Source: an uncultured Gammaproteobacteria bacterium
GTDB taxonomy: Bacteria > Patescibacteriota > Patescibacteriia > SG8-24 > DYFX01
Assembly (NCBI GenBank): GCA_964532415.1
Contig: CAZHHN010000003.1
Location: 3,777-67,776, forward strand
Length of the DNA stretch: 64,000 bases
Direction: 5' to 3'
Shown here piece by piece: positions 19,167 to 28,800 of the stretch; the stretch's first letter is position 1; each line of letters begins with the position of its first letter. The notes under the pieces are model-generated. The model ran no database searches. It had not been told where the DNA came from and worked only from the letters and a program-made list of their open reading frames with translations. Position numbers and translations under genes: made by a program.

Positions 19167-19195
19167 TTGACAAAAATACTTTTTTCTGGTACCGT
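19167..19195 (+). promoter_or_regulatory. Sigma70-type promoter
   Basis: TTGACA-17 nt-TACCGT. Confidence 0.6.
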
Positions 19196-19295
19196 TATGC
19201 GTCCGATAATTCCTGCCTGTATGGGGAGGTCGGCCGCAAGGCTCAAGGGTCGTCTCTGCCCTACCAGAGATATGTTCCTGTTAAGGAGGCGACAC

Positions 19296-19595
19296 GTGGA
19301 CCCGCATAATGTTCCGGACTTGAGCGCTGAAATCATCGATGGACCTTCTCCGGATGCACTGTTCGAGGCACCCGAGGACGCCCGCGGCTCCGAATTGACA
19401 TTCACCCTGAAGTGCGATGCCACGGGCAAGGTTTACCAAGTGACGGGGATCGTCAATAGCATGAAGATCGAGGGCAAGAGCTGGACCATTGAAGGCAGCC
19501 TCACGGCCCCGATTCCGGGTGGCAAGCATGAACGACCGAAGTTCAAGGCATGGTATGACCCCACACCTCCCTCGGGGTGGCTCTCGACAAACTGA
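19296..19595 (+). CDS. Hypothetical small beta-rich protein
   Basis: AAGGAGG at 19283-19289 then GTG; own promoter and terminator. Confidence 0.65.
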   Translation: MDPHNVPDLSAEIIDGPSPDALFEAPEDARGSELTFTLKCDATGKVYQVTGIVNSMKIEGKSWTIEGSLTAPIPGGKHERPKFKAWYDPTPPSGWLSTN

Positions 19596-19600
19596 CAGAC

Positions 19601-19648
19601 GCACCCGCGCAAAAGAGCACCCCTCGCTCTCGCATCCGGGTGCTCTTT
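19601..19648 (+). terminator. Conserved 3' hairpin, copy 1
   Basis: Shares 22 identical nt (AAAGAGCACCCCTCGCTCTCGC) with 20088-20138; U-rich tail. Confidence 0.7.
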
Positions 19649-19696
19649 ATTTGCGGGCGATCAACGCGCGGCCGCATGAGTGATGCCCTCAGGCAG

Positions 19697-19725
19697 TTGA
19701 CAAGATCGCGTTCGGGACGTAAAGT
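19697..19725 (+). promoter_or_regulatory. Sigma70-type promoter
   Basis: TTGACA-17 nt-TAAAGT. Confidence 0.65.
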
Positions 19726-19766
19726 TCCGGGCTCGAAACCGATGCCTATCCCCCAAGGAGCTTGCC

Positions 19767-20075
19767 ATGCTGTTGCACGCATTCGACCTTTCCCCCGTGG
19801 TACTGAAAGCCCTTCTCTGCCGTTGCGTCGATAATGCCGCGTCCGGCCAGGGGAAGACGGATCATCTGATCGTTCAAACGGCGCACTATGACGCACACGG
19901 GCGTCCGGATATGAAGACACGGGAGCCATTATTGATTGACTGCGGCCATATTGAAATCGGGCCCGACGGGAATAATGCGCTCATCATTCAAGGGGAAGCG
20001 ACGATAGCAGGGCGCCCGAGAGCCGTACGACTCAGCTACCGCCTCGCCGAAGAGGCCGGACAAATCAGTTACTGA
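19767..20075 (+). CDS. Hypothetical small protein, possible distant paralog of 19296-19595
   Basis: AAGGAG at 19755-19760; similar size and C-terminal pattern. Confidence 0.62.
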   Translation: MLLHAFDLSPVVLKALLCRCVDNAASGQGKTDHLIVQTAHYDAHGRPDMKTREPLLIDCGHIEIGPDGNNALIIQGEATIAGRPRAVRLSYRLAEEAGQISY

Positions 20076-20087
20076 AGAGTGCTTCAA

Positions 20088-20138
20088 GCACCCGCGACGC
20101 AAAGAGCACCCCTCGCTCTCGCGTCGCGGGTGTTCTTT
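20088..20138 (+). terminator. Conserved 3' hairpin, copy 2
   Basis: CACCCGCGACGC/GCGTCGCGGGTG stem enclosing AGAGC-ACCCCTC-GCTCT, then TTCTTT. Confidence 0.7.
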
Positions 20139-20148
20139 GTTCTCGCCA

Positions 20149-20430
20149 TCAGGAGGCCAGCGCGTTCGCCTCGCGCAGTTCCGCCCGCAGGTCCCCCACG
20201 GCTTTATTGACCGTCCGGTCGGTGTGGTCCATCAGTTCGTGCCGCATGCTTCGCATTTCCCCGCGGAGTTCGGCACCCAAGGCGGCCGCCTCCGCTTTGC
20301 CGGCCGTCATTTCGAAACCTTCCCGTATCGCTTCAAGAACCGGTTCAAGCTTCTCGTCGAATGCATTGTCGATCTTCTCATCCACGATCGCACCGATGGC
20401 GTGCAGGTCGGCTTCGGAGAGCATAGGCAT
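20149..20430 (-). CDS. Small acidic coiled-coil hypothetical protein
   Basis: MLSEADLHAIGAIVDEKID...ELRGEMRSMRHEL heptad pattern. Confidence 0.72.
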   Translation of the reverse strand: MPMLSEADLHAIGAIVDEKIDNAFDEKLEPVLEAIREGFEMTAGKAEAAALGAELRGEMRSMRHELMDHTDRTVNKAVGDLRAELREANALAS

Positions 20431-20696
20431 ATCTTTTTAAGAATACGCCGACGGCTTGCCGGAAGTCGAACCGAGATGTCAAGCGCGGATGGTCATACCC
20501 CCGACCGCGCCGTCCCATTACGGCGTCTGGAAGGATTTTGAGGGCGTAAAAATGCAGCGCCCGCGACCATGAGAAGGGCCGCGGGCGATGAGTTGAGGGT
20601 GAGATAGTGCAGTCGATAGGCTAGAGCGTCCACCGCGCGAGTCGCCGGTCCGAACGACCGGTCGGCCCGACGCAAGCGAGCGCCGGTGCGTCAGGG

Positions 20697-20864
20697 CTAG
20701 CCGCCGCTGCCGCCGTTGAGTGGAACGAGGTTGCCGGTGTTCGTGGAGATATGGTTGCTCGTCCCGGACGCGCTTCCGGGGTTGTCGAGCGGGCCGCTCG
20801 CATGGTGGGTGTGGTGCGTCGCGGTGATGCTGCCGAACGTGGTGCTCTGACTCGGATCCTTCAT
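20697..20864 (-). CDS. Unannotated 55-aa Ser/Thr/Gly/Asn/His-rich peptide ending GGSGG
   Basis: ATG at 20864 preceded by GGGAG; strong G/C third-position bias; below the 60-aa ORF cutoff. Confidence 0.6.
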   Translation of the reverse strand: MKDPSQSTTFGSITATHHTHHASGPLDNPGSASGTSNHISTNTGNLVPLNGGSGG

Positions 20865-21053
20865 CTTTCGCTTCTCCCGTTGTTGTGTGTCCCGTGCTCT
20901 CGCCCGCGAACGGGCGAATCAGATCGACGACCTGACCGCAGCCAACGTAACATGCGCCAAGAAGTCGCGTCAAACGCGGCCTGAATCTTGCCTGTTTTAA
21001 GCGATTCGGCTATAGTGGCTCCCGTAATCCATCTTCCCGCGATCCGACCCAAA

Positions 21054-21605
21054 ATGCGCATTCACCCCAAGAAGTTCCGCCGCCCCGTCGAGACCGCCCC
21101 GCTCTACCGGGCCAATCAGCAGATCCTGTCTCCGGACGTCCGCGTCATCGACGAAAACGGCGTGAACCTTGGCGTCATATCCACCCTGCAGGCCGTCGGT
21201 ATCGCCCAGGAACGCGGCTACGACCTGGTGGAGGTCGACCCGCGCCCGCAGCCGCCTATCTGCAAGATCCTGAATCTCGGCCAGTTCAAGTACGAACGCG
21301 AACGCGAGATGCGCAAGCAGAAGGCCAAAGCCAAACAGGTCGAGGTCAAGGGCATCCGGCTCTCCCCCCGTATCGGCGCGCACGACCGGGAGACCCGCCT
21401 GCGCCTGGCCGAACGTTTCCTGGAAGAGGGCGACAAGCTCCGGATCGAAATCATCCTGCGAGGCCGGGAAAAAGCCCATGCCGAGCTGGCCAAGGGCGTG
21501 ATCGCGGGCTTCGTCAGCCAGCTTTCGCAGAAATTCCCACTGACGACCGAGCAGCCGATCCAAGTCCAGGGCGGACAGTTGACAACCATCGTCGGAAAGA
21601 AGTAA
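21054..21605 (+). CDS. infC: Translation initiation factor IF-3
   Basis: ANQQI...VRVIDENG..LG, DLVEV, GQFKYE, FLEEGDK. Confidence 0.96.
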   Translation: MRIHPKKFRRPVETAPLYRANQQILSPDVRVIDENGVNLGVISTLQAVGIAQERGYDLVEVDPRPQPPICKILNLGQFKYEREREMRKQKAKAKQVEVKGIRLSPRIGAHDRETRLRLAERFLEEGDKLRIEIILRGREKAHAELAKGVIAGFVSQLSQKFPLTTEQPIQVQGGQLTTIVGKK

Positions 21606-21617
21606 TCTACGCGCACT

Positions 21618-21818
21618 ATGAAAGCCAAGACGAAGAAGGCCTTCGCTAAGCGCATCAAAGTGACCAAAAACGGCAAGCTGCTCAAGCGCCATGCCGGCCA
21701 GGACCACTTCAACGCGCGCGACACCGGCAAGGTCACCAAAAAGAAACGCCGGGACACGAGCATGTCGGAATCCTACCGGCATTCGCTGAAGTCCCTGCTG
21801 CCTAACCACACCGTCTGA
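21618..21818 (+). CDS. rpmI: 50S ribosomal protein L35
   Basis: KAKTKKAFAKRIKVTKNGK; position in infC-rpmI-rplT. Confidence 0.95.
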   Translation: MKAKTKKAFAKRIKVTKNGKLLKRHAGQDHFNARDTGKVTKKKRRDTSMSESYRHSLKSLLPNHTV

Positions 21819-21819
21819 T

Positions 21820-22179
21820 ATGCCGCGCGTCAAACGAGGCAAAGTCCGCGCCCGCAAGCGCGCCCGTGTCCTGAAACGGACGAAGGGCATGATGTGGGGC
21901 CGCAAGAACAAGATCAAGTTGGCCAAAACCGCCGCCACCAAGGCCGGCGCCTATGCCTATCGCGACCGTCGCACCAAAAAACGCAACTTCCGCAGCCTCT
22001 GGCTGATCCGCCTGAACGCCGCTCTGCGTGAAAATGGCCTCTCCTATAGCAAGTTCGCCGGGATGCTGGGCAAGGCCAAAATCGGACTGGATCGCAAAGT
22101 ACTGGCCGAACTGGCTATGAACCACCCGGCGGTGTTCAAAGCCCTGGTCGAGACGGCCTCAAAAATGGCCCAGAAATAA
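21820..22179 (+). CDS. rplT: 50S ribosomal protein L20
   Basis: MPRVKRG, YAYRDRR.KKRNFRSLW.IRLNAA, LDRKVLAELA. Confidence 0.97.
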   Translation: MPRVKRGKVRARKRARVLKRTKGMMWGRKNKIKLAKTAATKAGAYAYRDRRTKKRNFRSLWLIRLNAALRENGLSYSKFAGMLGKAKIGLDRKVLAELAMNHPAVFKALVETASKMAQK

Positions 22180-22226
22180 GGCGGAAAAACCGGTCAAAAA
22201 GAAGGTCGAGGATTTGTCAAAAATCC

Positions 22227-22255
22227 TTGACTTTTTTAGTTTTTCATGCTACGCT
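22227..22255 (+). promoter_or_regulatory. Sigma70-type promoter overlapping the hairpin after rplT
   Basis: TTGACT-17 nt-TACGCT with upstream TG. Confidence 0.6.
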
Positions 22256-22355
22256 GTGGCGTCCCCTGAAGTGAGGGGGATTCCGTCCGATTCCGGCCGG
22301 AGACCGCCCCTTGACAATTCCATCAACCCGTTTGCCCCGCTTGAGGAGGACCGTC

Positions 22356-23375
22356 ATGATTACCCATGAACAGTGTGTCGCTGCGGTTGCAGCGATCTGC
22401 GAACAGACGTGCGCGCAATGTAATGGGCCCCTGATTTCGGTGCACCACAGGCTCGTCGATGACGAAGGCCATGTCGGTTGCTGTCATCCCGATCCGCTGC
22501 CGGAGACAGATCTGAAACTAATAGAGTTTCTCGTAAGAGAGCAGCTCGACAATCTGAGCATCGATCCCCCGCCGCCACCAGCCGACGCAGTCTCGCCCAA
22601 CCGGAGCCTGCCGGGCCAGGCGGGCGACGATGTCATCCGAGGCCAAGCTCTGGCGAGGGATCTGGCCAGAAAGATCGGCGAGATTGAGGACGCCCACCGG
22701 AGGGCTTTGTCCGAAATGGAGGCCGCTCACAGAGAGGCTCTGGCCGTCGCGCGCGCCGAAGGCGTCGCCGCGGGCATGCAAGCCCGGGAAGATCGCGCCG
22801 CGGAGGTCGAGCGTCTGCTGCAAGATGCGGCGGCACAACGGGAGCATGACCGGGAGCGCGTGCGGGAAGCTGATCTCGCCGCCGCGGGCCATAAGGCCGG
22901 GGTGCTTCTCGCAGAGCAGCAGGTCGAAATGCTCAACCAAACCCTGAACACGCTGCGCACGCTGGTGAGCACGCTGCCGACGCTCCAAGGGAGCGACGCT
23001 CAGACGGTACTGCTCGCCATACTGAACATGGCACCGCCGCCTCAACCGGCAGTGCCTCCCGTCACACCGCCCGTACCCGATCCGCCCACGACACCGCCGT
23101 CGGCGCCAGCTCAGACCGTGGATACCGCTCCGGCTCATCAGAAGTGCCGGGCTAAGTGCCCGAGGATGGCCCACCTGACGCAGCAGTATGTCTGGAAAGA
23201 CGGCAAGCCGCCGTTGGAGCTGTACGCCTGCGGGCCCGGGCATGACGAACTGTTCTTCAGGGCCCTGACAACCAATCCGAAGTACGTCGGCAAGCTCGAG
23301 ACCCCACCAACCAGCGTTGATGATCTCACCGCCAGATGGGTGTCCATCGCTCCGGCCACAACCACCAACCCATAA
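22356..23375 (+). CDS. Hypothetical protein: Cys/His-rich ends, coiled coil, Pro-rich linker
   Basis: GAGGAGG SD; CAQC...HVGC; coiled coil; CRAKC...CGPGH. Confidence 0.65.
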   Translation: MITHEQCVAAVAAICEQTCAQCNGPLISVHHRLVDDEGHVGCCHPDPLPETDLKLIEFLVREQLDNLSIDPPPPPADAVSPNRSLPGQAGDDVIRGQALARDLARKIGEIEDAHRRALSEMEAAHREALAVARAEGVAAGMQAREDRAAEVERLLQDAAAQREHDRERVREADLAAAGHKAGVLLAEQQVEMLNQTLNTLRTLVSTLPTLQGSDAQTVLLAILNMAPPPQPAVPPVTPPVPDPPTTPPSAPAQTVDTAPAHQKCRAKCPRMAHLTQQYVWKDGKPPLELYACGPGHDELFFRALTTNPKYVGKLETPPTSVDDLTARWVSIAPATTTNP

Positions 23376-23382
23376 GGGGGAA

Positions 23383-23913
23383 ATGATGTCCGCAACGAGA
23401 CGCGTAGTCAGGCATACGATCGCCGTACCACCGCCGGTGGTCGATGACCCATCGAAGATGATGACCATCACCCCACAAACGCCCCGCCGATCGCGGCTGC
23501 CGTGGATCATCCTGGCATGTGTCATCCTGCTCGGCGCCGGCGCGGCGGCGGTCTTCCTCCCGATGGGAGGAGATCGCTCCAAGCTGCGCCGGAACGCAGT
23601 CGCCGGACTGGCGAGCGCAGCGGGCGATGCCGTGCAGGTCGTGCCCGCTGCCGATCCGGCAGCAACGGCCGGCCAGCCGGACGTGCTGACCGCATGGTAT
23701 CAGGCACGGATTGCACCGCTGGTCACGGCGGTGAATGAAAAAGCCAGGCTGCAGGATGCAGCAATCGCCGAGCTCAGGCGACAGAACGAAGCGCAGGCAC
23801 GGGAGATTGAGTTCCTGCAGGCGCCGTACGGCGTGCCCAACTGGGCATGGCTGGCGTCCGGGTGCCTCCTCAGCCTGGTCGCGATCGCGCTGGCGCTTCG
23901 ACGACGCCCTTAG
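23383..23913 (+). CDS. Hypothetical two-TM coiled-coil protein
   Basis: AAGGGGG SD, two hydrophobic helices, followed by a terminator. Confidence 0.62.
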   Translation: MMSATRRVVRHTIAVPPPVVDDPSKMMTITPQTPRRSRLPWIILACVILLGAGAAAVFLPMGGDRSKLRRNAVAGLASAAGDAVQVVPAADPAATAGQPDVLTAWYQARIAPLVTAVNEKARLQDAAIAELRRQNEAQAREIEFLQAPYGVPNWAWLASGCLLSLVAIALALRRRP

Positions 23914-23934
23914 CCGTTCCTCTGTACTCCGCAC

Positions 23935-23985
23935 GGGATCCGACCGGTGTCAGTTCATGACACTGCCGGATCCCTTTCTTTTTTT
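23935..23985 (+). terminator. Intrinsic terminator
   Basis: GGGATCCG..GTGTCA..TGACAC..CGGATCCC then a T-run. Confidence 0.7.
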
Positions 23986-25387
23986 ACACCTGGACCGGCG
24001 GCAACGCCTCGGGAACGGTCACGAAGCCCTGCAGTGGCGCGCCCGCACGGCCGTAGGCCGGCGTTTCGTCGGCCCAGGCATATCCGGCACGGCGGCCGTC
24101 GAGCCCGTAGGCGGCGAAAAGCGGGCGCCCGCCGAATTCGCGGCTGAGCGGATCGAACGCCAGGTAGCCGACCAGCGCACCGGACGCGTCCGCGACCGCC
24201 CGGCAGCGGACCGACCGTCCATGTTTGCCCCGGCAGATCCGCGGGGCACTCCAGCGGCCTTTCGGCGCGGCATCGAACAGGCGTCCGGGAGCGAATACGG
24301 CCGTACGCAGCGGGCCCGGGTCAAAGCCGAGCGCATCGGCGAAAGAAATGCGGCGCGCGCCCGCACGATGCCCGGCGAGCTGGGCGGCTCCGATAGCCAA
24401 GGCGCGCTCCGTCTCATCGATGCGCGGATCGGCGGAATGCCGGTGAAGCTCGGCGGCCACGGCCGCGGCCGTCAGATGGCCGTAGCGTTCTTTCCAGGCT
24501 TCCGGTAGGAGTTCGGATGAAAACCAGGCGGGTGCAGCGGAAGATTCCCGGAAACGCAGATTCCCTTTCCCGAAGGCGGCGCACGCCGAAGCGGCGCCGA
24601 GCAGGCGTGCTTCCCCGGAAGTCAGCTCATACATCGACAAGCGCAGCGCGTTGCCGGAGACAGCGTCCGCAGCCAGACGCAGCGCCGCAGATGTCTGGCG
24701 GGAAACGGCCGGAATCGATCCCTGCTTCAGCAGGACCGAAGCAGCCGCGCCGAGCATATGCGACAGCGCGACCCTGTCCGCGGCACGCCCGGTCAGCGCG
24801 GCGGCGGCAACAAGCGACGCGCGCGCGGCGGCCTCGCGTTCCAACCCATGATTCCGGGCATTCCGCGCGAATTCCGGAAGCAGCGGACGAAGCGCCCGCT
24901 CCCAGATGGCGACGCCGTGACGTTCCCGAGCGAACGCAACCTGTGCCTCCCCTCCCAGTCTGGATTGGGCTTCCGAGATGCCCGGTATCGTGATCTCGCG
25001 GATGGCGACGCAGAGCGCCTGGGCAACGGCATGACCATCCGTCAGATCGACGGGTGGAAGTGCCTTTCTTTCCTGCCGATGGAATGCGAGGCTGCCCGCC
25101 GCGCGCAGGCATCCGGCATGCGCAAGCCACTCGGCATGGGCCCGACCACGGCGATACCACGCCGCATCGGCCGCGGCCGCGTGCAGAGGCGCGGGAAACG
25201 TTTCGGTCGGCGCGAGCAGACGCGCCGAGCGGACGGCGATCCGATCGCGCACGTCTTTTGAAAATTTGGGCAGCGTTCCTTCCCGGCCGAGCCGATCGAG
25301 GAGCGCGCGGAATCCGGCATCGGCATCGTGCATCAGCGCCGCGAGGTCGGCGTCGGTAAAATGCCTGCGCAGTTCCCGCGCGTTCAT
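23984..25387 (-). CDS. Hypothetical Ala/Arg-rich protein
   Basis: Long ORF whose ATG overlaps the stop of the upstream gene. Confidence 0.55.
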   Translation of the reverse strand: MNARELRRHFTDADLAALMHDADAGFRALLDRLGREGTLPKFSKDVRDRIAVRSARLLAPTETFPAPLHAAAADAAWYRRGRAHAEWLAHAGCLRAAGSLAFHRQERKALPPVDLTDGHAVAQALCVAIREITIPGISEAQSRLGGEAQVAFARERHGVAIWERALRPLLPEFARNARNHGLEREAAARASLVAAAALTGRAADRVALSHMLGAAASVLLKQGSIPAVSRQTSAALRLAADAVSGNALRLSMYELTSGEARLLGAASACAAFGKGNLRFRESSAAPAWFSSELLPEAWKERYGHLTAAAVAAELHRHSADPRIDETERALAIGAAQLAGHRAGARRISFADALGFDPGPLRTAVFAPGRLFDAAPKGRWSAPRICRGKHGRSVRCRAVADASGALVGYLAFDPLSREFGGRPLFAAYGLDGRRAGYAWADETPAYGRAGAPLQGFVTVPEALPPVQV

Positions 25388-25743
25388 AGGCCGAGCTCGG
25401 CGCGAAGTGCAACGGCCCGTTCGAGACATTCCCGACCGAAGGCGTCGAGCGCCGTCCGGACGCGCGTTTCGGCATCGGGCAGGCGCACGTCGAAGAAAGC
25501 CGCCAGCTCCTCTTCAGAAGCTTCGTCCGCCGCCAGCTGCCGAAATGCCCGGAGCGAATGCGGATCGAGCGCCCCGGCCAGCTCCAGACCGACGCGGCGC
25601 TCGGCTTCAGCCGTGAGCGTCGTGACCGCCTCGGCGCGCTCCAGTTCCGGCGCGTGCGCGAAGCCGGCCCTGGCCAGCAAAGCTTCGACATAGGCGCGGA
25701 CCGGATCGTGCGCGAGCGTCGGGATCGGCGGGAGGCTCTCCAT
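25384..25743 (-). CDS. Small helical hypothetical protein (DUF5663-like)
   Basis: 119-aa helical ORF with a TATACT box 8 nt upstream. Confidence 0.65.
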   Translation of the reverse strand: MESLPPIPTLAHDPVRAYVEALLARAGFAHAPELERAEAVTTLTAEAERRVGLELAGALDPHSLRAFRQLAADEASEEELAAFFDVRLPDAETRVRTALDAFGRECLERAVALRAELGL

Positions 25744-25818
25744 GCCCTGACAGTATAAGAGAAAAAGAAAAGCCCGTCATCCAGAGGAGGACGGGCCGTG
25801 ACAGAGTTCTGGAACGGA

Positions 25819-28800
25819 CTACGGGCAGGCCGGCGGACCGATTGGAGTTGTCATATCCACGGAAACTTGGTTCCCCGTCAGAGCGGCATAGTACACCCGG
25901 ACGTTGTCGATCAGGCCCCAGAACATGAATCCCGACGAGTCGCGTCCGATATTGAAGGCCGTGCCGGCGGCCGGTTCCGCGAACGACGCCGGAATGACGG
26001 TCGTTTCGCCCGTCATCGTGCCGTTACTCAGAAGGCCGTCGACGTAGATATCGAGCCTCCTGGGCACGGACGTCCCGTCGTAGACGCAGGTGACATGATG
26101 CGATTCGCCCAGATGGCGAATGGCCACGCTGTTTATCTGGATCGTGCCGCTGTTGCCCAACAGCAGCTCGCAGGCGTAATGCGGCTGGGTCGGATCGTGC
26201 CCGACGTCCGGGCTGGTCTTGATGCGCCACCCCTTCGTACTCGTCGCCCGCGCGGCAATCACCCCGTCCTCGCCGCCGGCCGGATTCGTCGTCGCATTGG
26301 TCCATGCGCTCAATGTCAGTTTCGACCGGTTCGTCGAGGTCGGGAAGGTATTGCTTTGAACGCTGTCCTTCTTGCCGTCCCGGAACCTCAGCGCCTTGCC
26401 GAACGAGGAACCGGCCGGCGACGACGTGACCCACTGTGCACCGTTGATCGTGCCGTTGTGATGGCACGTACTGTCGGCCGCGACGCTGCCGCTGCCGGCA
26501 TCGAAGGCGTAGGCCGCTTCCGCAGCCGGAAGCGTCACGACTTCGCAGGCGTCGCCGATGCCGTTGCCGTTCGAATCCTGTTGGCCGGGATTCGGGACCG
26601 TCGGACAGTTGTCCACACAGTTTGGTACGCCATCTCCGTCCCCATCCGTATCCGCTACCCCGCAACCACACGTACCTGGCGCCGTCTTGTTGGGATCGCT
26701 GGCGCAGGCGTCATGACAGTCGGCCGTACCATCGCCGTCAGTATCCGTATCGGCCACACCGCAGCCACACTGGCCTGGTGCAGTCTTATTCGGATCCACA
26801 GGGCAGGCGTCATGACAATTCGGCGTCCCGTCATTGTCACTGTCCGTATCCGCCACGCCGCAACCGCACTGACCGGGAACGGTCTTCGCGGGGTCGGCGG
26901 GACAGGCATCAATGCAATCGGGGAATCCGTCGCCATCGCCGTCGAGATCGGCCGTGCCGCAGCCGCAAACGCCTGGAGCGATCTTGAATGGATCGAGCGG
27001 GCAGGTATCATGGCAATCCGCAGTCCCATCGCCATCCGTATCGACATCGGAAACGCCGCAGCCGCATTGGCCCGGCACGGTCTTAGCCGGATCGATTGGA
27101 CACGCGTCGATGCAATTCGGAAATCCATCGCCATCCGTATCGGTATCCGCTACGCCGCAACCACACGTGCCTGGAGCCGTCTTATTGGGATCGCTGGCGC
27201 AGGCGTCATGACAGTCGGCCGTACCGTCGCCGTCAGTATCCGTATCGGCCACACCGCAGCCACACTGGCCTGGTGCAGTCTTATTCGGATCGGTGGCACA
27301 CGCATCGTGGCAATCGGGAGTCCCATCGCCATCGCCGTCGGCATCCGAAACGTCGCAGCCGCAGACGCCAGGAACCGTCTTGCCCGGATCTGTGTCGCAC
27401 TCGTCATTGCAGTCCGCGGTTCCGTCCGCATCCGTATCGACATCGGAAACGCCGCAGCCACATTGGCCCGCGCTGACCGACTTGGCCGGATCGAGCGGAC
27501 AGGCATCGACCCCATCCCTGACGCCATCGCCGTCGCTGTCGGCGGTATAGAGGCCATCCTTCACCAAGCAAACCTGTGCCGGCGTGAGCGCGACTCTGAA
27601 GAATGACATATCCTGCAGCTGGCTGGCCGGTCCGGTCGTAAAGACCATGCCGTTCAGGTTCGTGACGTTGGCGGCGACATGCACGAGCGATGCCACCTGG
27701 ACGCAATCAAGGTAGAGACGAAGCGTTCCGTCGGCTTCGCGGACGGCGGCGACATGCTTCCAGCCGGCACCGACGAGCGTCGGGACGGTGGCATGCACTT
27801 CATCCGTGCCCGCCAAGCCTGCCAAGAAACCGATGTCGGTCCCAGATGCACCCAGGCTGATCTTGATGCTGTTCCCCAACGGAAGGAGGCCGGTCTTGGA
27901 AAACCAGTCCCGCCCGTTGGACGTTCCGACATTGGCGCGAAAGGCGATCGAGAAAGCTCCCTGACCGACATGGTTTTCGCGCCGATCCGGAATGCCGGGC
28001 GGCCCGACGACGGTCGTCCAAGTGGGACTGCCCGAAACCATCGAACCGGCCGCGCCGGTGAAACCGGGAGAACCCGGTCCCCACGGGCTACCCGGCAAGG
28101 CGGCGCCGTTCGGTCCCAGAGAGGAACCGGTGGGCGTATCCCGATCATGCAGGACGTTCGTGGTGTTCCCACTTGACGCTTCGTCGAGCCGCCAACGATT
28201 GACCAAGCCATCGATGCCCGGCCGTTCGATCTGGCAGACGGAGTTGCATCCGTCGCCGTCCACGAGATTACCATCGTCGCACTCCTCGGAAGCGCCGATG
28301 CTGGTCGCTGTGACGACACCATCGCCGCATTGGTTCATGGTCGAAAGCCGGCACATACCATGTTCGGCCGACGTCCAGATGTCATCGATCTTTGCAACCG
28401 TCAGCGCGCGGCCGACGGTTGGTTCGTCGATATCGATGCCGGGACTCGAACGGCGGTTGCAGGCGAGGCTGTCGACGTCCGATGCTTGCGTATTGGACTG
28501 GTACTCGACCAGGTCGGCGTGGGCATCCACCGCATTGTCGACATACACGTCAACCGGACCGGCTGCGTTCCCGTTGACCATGCCCAGCTTGTTGGGCAGG
28601 TTCAGAACCACGAAGTGCCATGCGCCGTCGGCGACATTGGTCGCGCCCTCGACGGTGACGACCGGTACCGAGTTGACCCGGTAGACCAGGTGACCGGCCG
28701 CGTTGACATAGAACTCGAAGTGCCGATTGGCACCGTGGAATTCCATGATGCTTTGGTCTCCGGTACCTCCCGGCATCCGCCGAACCCAAGCCATCAACGA

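Noticed and set aside
19601-20138. Hairpins as integron attC sites
   Set aside because: No RYYYAAC/GTTRRRY ends, no integron integrase, and the units have their own promoters
20493-20990. Region as RNase P, SRP or 6S RNA
   Set aside because: No conserved motifs of these RNAs were recognised; a small ORF plus terminator hairpins explains it
26543-27540. Regular 99-bp repeats as a CRISPR array
   Set aside because: They are in-frame coding repeats with codon-level variation and no unique spacers; no cas genes are present
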